NCBI GenBank assembly: GCA_037137395.1
Contig: JBAXKK010000044.1
Span: forward strand, 1-20,549
DNA length: 20,549 bases
Reading direction: 5' to 3'
Origin: Elusimicrobiota bacterium
GTDB lineage: Bacteria; Elusimicrobiota; Elusimicrobia; Elusimicrobiales; UBA9959
Shown here: positions 16,972-20,549 of the stretch, one piece after another
Position numbering within the stretch: the stretch's first letter is position 1
Layout: each line of letters begins with the position of its first letter
The notes under the pieces: generated by a model
What the model was told of the DNA's origin: nothing
What the model saw: the letters and a program-made list of their open reading frames with translations, nothing else
Databases searched by the model: none
Made by a program: the position numbers and the translations under genes

Positions 16972-18030
16972 TTATAGATTGTTGGAAATATTCTTGGACA
17001 ATGATAAATCTTTGCGGTATTGCGCTACGGACTGGCGGGATAATTCTACGCCGTGACGGATTTTAAGCTCGGCGCGCAGCTTAGTGTTGTTCATATCGGG
17101 ATTTTCAACGGCTATGGCGTATAGCCGCTCTAAATTTATGGCTTTGGAACTGGGCAACAGAACCGACATAGGCGCTTCAGTGCCCCAGGGCATTTGTATG
17201 GATTTATTTGAAATAAGCCGATTAAGAACGCTGGGGTGGACTTCAAGTTCTGCGGCCAAAACTTTCTGCGGCAACGGCGCTCTGCGCACAGGTTCTCCGG
17301 TTAACAGGTAATCAGCCTGCCGCTCCATAACTATTTCTAGCGCGCGGTAAAGCGTGGATTTTCGCTTATCCGCCAGTTCCATGCGCCTTACGAGATTTTC
17401 CACGGCGGTTTGTTCAGAGGCAGGGAGACATTTCAACGCTTCTGAAAGTTTTTCCCCATCCACTTTATAACAGCCTTTCCATATTTCCCGATGAAAAAAC
17501 GCCAGGACAGGTTTACCGTTTTCAAGCTCTATGCCGGCCACGGCGCTGAACACTGTTGACGCTGGAGCTTCAGGTGCGCTTTCAAATTCAGCCTGTATGA
17601 ACGCGCGGTTAACGAAATCACGCAGGCGGGCGGCATCTTTGACGGTTATATCGCATTCCTCGGCGCGTTCCACATCGCTCATTACCGCGTCTTTCAGGAA
17701 GCAGGCTTCAAACTTTTCCTGGCCTATGCCTTGCATCAGACCAACCAGATCGCCTTTGCCGTCGGCCAGTTCCGGCAAGTCGCCAGCCGACATTTTAAGA
17801 CCGTAGCCGGCGTATTTCTTTGCGGCGTAACGAGCATTTGGGAATTCCGCCAGCCTGACAGCACCGGATGCTTTCAGTAATTGAAAAAAACGATTATCTT
17901 CTATTTTCTTGAGAAAACTCTCAAACTCTTCCTCAGACATCTCGGCCATCTGCGCTAACTTCATTGCGCCCATTGCCGCCGCTTTTGTTCTTGCGGAATG
18001 GCTAAAACCGAATTTATGGAATTTGCTCAT
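16972..18030 (-). CDS. Short divergent sigma-54 (RpoN-like) factor, ~352 aa
   Basis: Region I-like MKLAQMAEMSEEEFESFLKKIEDN; DBD RKSTL..IV..Q....G...PL....A.EL.VHPSVLNR...K....PWG; RpoN-box-like LSRQSVAQYRKDL. Start at ATG 18030 (SD AGGTGAGG). Confidence 0.85.
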   Translation of the reverse strand: MSKFHKFGFSHSARTKAAAMGAMKLAQMAEMSEEEFESFLKKIEDNRFFQLLKASGAVRLAEFPNARYAAKKYAGYGLKMSAGDLPELADGKGDLVGLMQGIGQEKFEACFLKDAVMSDVERAEECDITVKDAARLRDFVNRAFIQAEFESAPEAPASTVFSAVAGIELENGKPVLAFFHREIWKGCYKVDGEKLSEALKCLPASEQTAVENLVRRMELADKRKSTLYRALEIVMERQADYLLTGEPVRRAPLPQKVLAAELEVHPSVLNRLISNKSIQMPWGTEAPMSVLLPSSKAINLERLYAIAVENPDMNNTKLRAELKIRHGVELSRQSVAQYRKDLSLSKNISNNL

Positions 18031-18046
18031 AGCCTCACCTACGCAT

Positions 18047-18087
18047 ATTATAGCCGTTATGCAAAAATGGGGCAATTTTTACGGCAG
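18047..18087 (-). promoter_or_regulatory. Sigma-70 promoter of the sigma-54 paralog, overlapped by a variant -24/-12 site
   Basis: TTGCCC (18070-18075)-17 nt-TATAAT (18047-18052); CTGCCGTAAAAATTGCC at 18071-18087. Confidence 0.65.
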
Positions 18088-18219
18088 AGTTAGGGGGGCC
18101 AGATGACTTGGATATGAGACTGAGTGCTCGTCTGTATCTGATAGCCTTTTCCCTCAAACAAACATACGAATAGTTTTGCGGCAACGTAAACCGGCTATAC
18201 TGCGAATATGCTTGAGATA

Positions 18220-18250
18220 AAAAATCCCCGATTTCTCGTCGAGGATTTTT
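18220..18250. terminator. Bidirectional terminator-like hairpin
   Basis: aaaaatccccga-N7-tcgaggattttt, flanked by A and T tracts. Confidence 0.5.
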
Positions 18251-18507
18251 AAAAGTAGGCGGGTCGCTGGCTAGACCAAGTTAGAACCTGTTTGATTACG
18301 GTTTAATGCGTTTGTGAGTAGATGCTTCAAAAAAATTGCGGACTGGCTTTGGGATATTAAGATGTCAAGAACCGGCCCCGGTGCGGTTTTAAATAATTAC
18401 AGCTGTAGGCCATCTGCTGCGTTTGTTAGGGGCCTTTCGGCCCTGTCGGTAGATGTCACCGCAACGTAAACTATTGTGCCGGGTTTCTGCATTAGGAGAA
18501 TGAACTT

Positions 18508-19572
18508 ATGAGAGTAGTTGCTGCAGCGGTCTTTCTTGTCGGGATTTTCATTTTATCAGCTGTCTCTTCCAAGGCAGAGAATAAGATAATTTACGGGGAG
18601 GATGACCGCGTGGAATACTATCAGGTACCCGAAAAATTCAGAGCAGCATCCGACTCTATAGTATCAATTTGGATGAAAGATCAAGTTGCGCAGTCCACAG
18701 CCGATGGGGATTATGTCCTATCCGCGCCGCCCATCATGGAGAAGCAGAATCTCTGCCCGGGGGTCAGGTTCAGGGAGCAGCCGTCCGGTCCCTTCTGCTC
18801 CGGCACGCTTGTTGGAGAAGACTTGGTATTGACCGCCGGTCATTGCATAAAAAGTAAAGCTAGCTGCCAAAACAGGGCTTTTGTTTTCGGTTATGCGTTA
18901 AGAGCCGCGGGAGAGCCTGTCACCCTGCGGGCCGGTGCCGATGACGTCTATTACTGTTCCAAGATCGTGAAACTTATGTTTGAGAAAACGACTGTGCCCA
19001 ACAGCGATGGCCAACCACAGACCATTTACGGTCAGGATTTCGCCCTGATAAAACTGGACCGTAAAGTAATCGGCAGGCAGCCTCTGGCCGTGAACCGCGC
19101 GGGCGGAATTTCTGAAGGTGCCCCGGTAGTGTCGATGGGATACCCGCTGGGACTTCCATTAAAGTTTTCGCAGACCGGCACAGTCTTTAAACCGGTTGAT
19201 AATGGTAACGCCTATTTTACGACAAACCTGGACACTTTCGGAGGGAATTCCGGCAGCCCGGTATTTAACGCTGTTACCGGTCTTATGGAGGGAGTGGCTG
19301 TCAGGGCTGACAATGATCATTTCCTTACAACTTCTGAAGGCTGCCAGGTGTACGTAGTTAAGCCGCAGACCAGCGGGACAGGTGTGATCGTTAATAAACT
19401 GGACCTACTTCTCAACGATATTCCTGCCGCTCCGGAAGAAGCGGCGGCTGGGGTGACCCTAGATGGCACCAGCCGTCTGGAATTTCCGGAAGAAGTAACG
19501 GTCGGGGCGGCCCTGGATGCCGCCAATCATCTGGGAGATCCGACGCAGATTGACATAAACTTTGACTTCTGA
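18508..19572 (+). CDS. Secreted trypsin-like (S1) serine protease
   Basis: Signal peptide; IIYGEDDR; catalytic triad motifs LTAGHC, DFAL and GNSGSP; SD AGGAG. Confidence 0.92.
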   Translation: MRVVAAAVFLVGIFILSAVSSKAENKIIYGEDDRVEYYQVPEKFRAASDSIVSIWMKDQVAQSTADGDYVLSAPPIMEKQNLCPGVRFREQPSGPFCSGTLVGEDLVLTAGHCIKSKASCQNRAFVFGYALRAAGEPVTLRAGADDVYYCSKIVKLMFEKTTVPNSDGQPQTIYGQDFALIKLDRKVIGRQPLAVNRAGGISEGAPVVSMGYPLGLPLKFSQTGTVFKPVDNGNAYFTTNLDTFGGNSGSPVFNAVTGLMEGVAVRADNDHFLTTSEGCQVYVVKPQTSGTGVIVNKLDLLLNDIPAAPEEAAAGVTLDGTSRLEFPEEVTVGAALDAANHLGDPTQIDINFDF

Positions 19573-19692
19573 AATCCGGCAGTTAATAATGGGTACTAGG
19601 TACAGTTTAAATAGATTTTGATCTTTCCACATTACTTTGTTTTGGACAATCCGCCAAAATCGTTTCCCCCACTCACATCCTTCCCTTTGCGG

Positions 19693-20214
19693 TTAGAAAA
19701 CGTAACCCATATCTACTGAGGCGCTTATGTCTATCGGCTTGCTCAACGGGGGATTGAGAGTTTTGGTGAGGAATTGGAGTATCCCTTCTGTTTTTCCCAT
19801 TATGGCCTCGTGAGCTAAAAGGGTAATGGTTTCGCCGGGTTTCCAGGGAGTGGTGTCGCTGGGGTGCGTAACGAGGGTGGCACCAACGGGTGATCCTAAA
19901 AGGTCTGTTATTGGGCCATTCTTACCCTTAACGGCGAAGTACACGTGAACGGGTTTTTTGAATGAATATTTAGTGTTGTTGGTGGCCCGTGCTGTTACGA
20001 GAACTTCTCCCACAAAGCCTATTCCCTTTTTATTCTTCCCTGTAAGGAGCAACTCTATCCCAAATGGTTTGCTGGTAGATTTTAGCTCAGCCTGCGCAAC
20101 TTTGTCCATCGAACTGTTTGTGAATGGATCGGCTTTTTTGCAGGACGTGCATAACGTCGTTGCGACCGACAAAATTATCCCGATTAAATAATACCGCGTT
20201 GTTTTTGAGTTCAT
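19693..20214 (-). CDS. Hypothetical lipoprotein
   Basis: Basic N-terminus, hydrophobic stretch, lipobox-like LCTS-C; no recognisable domain. Confidence 0.65.
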   Translation of the reverse strand: MNSKTTRYYLIGIILSVATTLCTSCKKADPFTNSSMDKVAQAELKSTSKPFGIELLLTGKNKKGIGFVGEVLVTARATNNTKYSFKKPVHVYFAVKGKNGPITDLLGSPVGATLVTHPSDTTPWKPGETITLLAHEAIMGKTEGILQFLTKTLNPPLSKPIDISASVDMGYVF

Positions 20215-20317
20215 GTTTTCACCAGTATGTAAAAGGTTATCGCTATTGGGCTATTATAACTCATTAGGTGCACTGAGCATATTAAAGCTTAACACTTCTT
20301 CCCTGCTTATCTCCCCC

Positions 20318-20348
20318 AAAAAAACGACAGTCGAAGAGCGGCTGTCGT
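20318..20348 (-). terminator. Rho-independent terminator-like hairpin
   Basis: Minus strand ACGACAGCCG-N5-CGACTGTCGT followed by a T tract. Confidence 0.55.
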
Positions 20349-20549
20349 AGAGGATAAATGAATCTAGTGGGTGCCTTCCAGGCCGAATTGCGAACCTACT
20401 TCGCCCAACACCCAGAGGAAACGTTGTAGCGAAGGAGTCCCGAGCTTATCCGCGAGATGTCGTCGCAGGCGTGGCCACGCAGCGCGGCCCCGCACTGTTA
20501 ACGCCAGTCTTGTAATGTACCGGTTTAGTCGGTGTTAAGTGTACCAGCC

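Noticed and set aside
20403..20540. GCCCAAC...GTTAAGT as an integron attC site, or a riboswitch ahead of the 20318-20348 terminator
   Set aside because: The L boxes do not pair convincingly, and I recognise no riboswitch consensus. The region is truncated by the window edge.

Overview
This window holds a ~18-kb self-contained peptide-signalling/RiPP regulon (233-18090), followed by a secreted trypsin-like protease and a lipoprotein. The regulatory genes are an NtrC-type enhancer-binding response regulator (GAFTGA), a membrane hybrid histidine kinase, a family-5 (OppA/DppA-like) solute-binding protein, a 63-aa HisKA-like microprotein and a short, divergent sigma-54 paralog. The paralog's RpoN box reads SRQSVAQYR instead of ARRTVAKYR. 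Three minus-strand modules each start with a small peptide gene, followed by a stem-loop and a radical SAM enzyme; one peptide (31 aa, 16672-16767) is missing from the ORF track. All three modules share a non-canonical -24/-12 promoter (CTGCYATRAAAATTGC, GC in place of GG at -24). Each is preceded by a pair of TYTCATTTTGARA palindromes 20 bp apart, located 88, 88 and 77 bp from the promoter. My inference is an orthogonal sigma-54 with a co-evolved promoter that drives a quorum-sensing-like radical-SAM peptide circuit. Functions are inferred from motifs read by eye; no searches were run.
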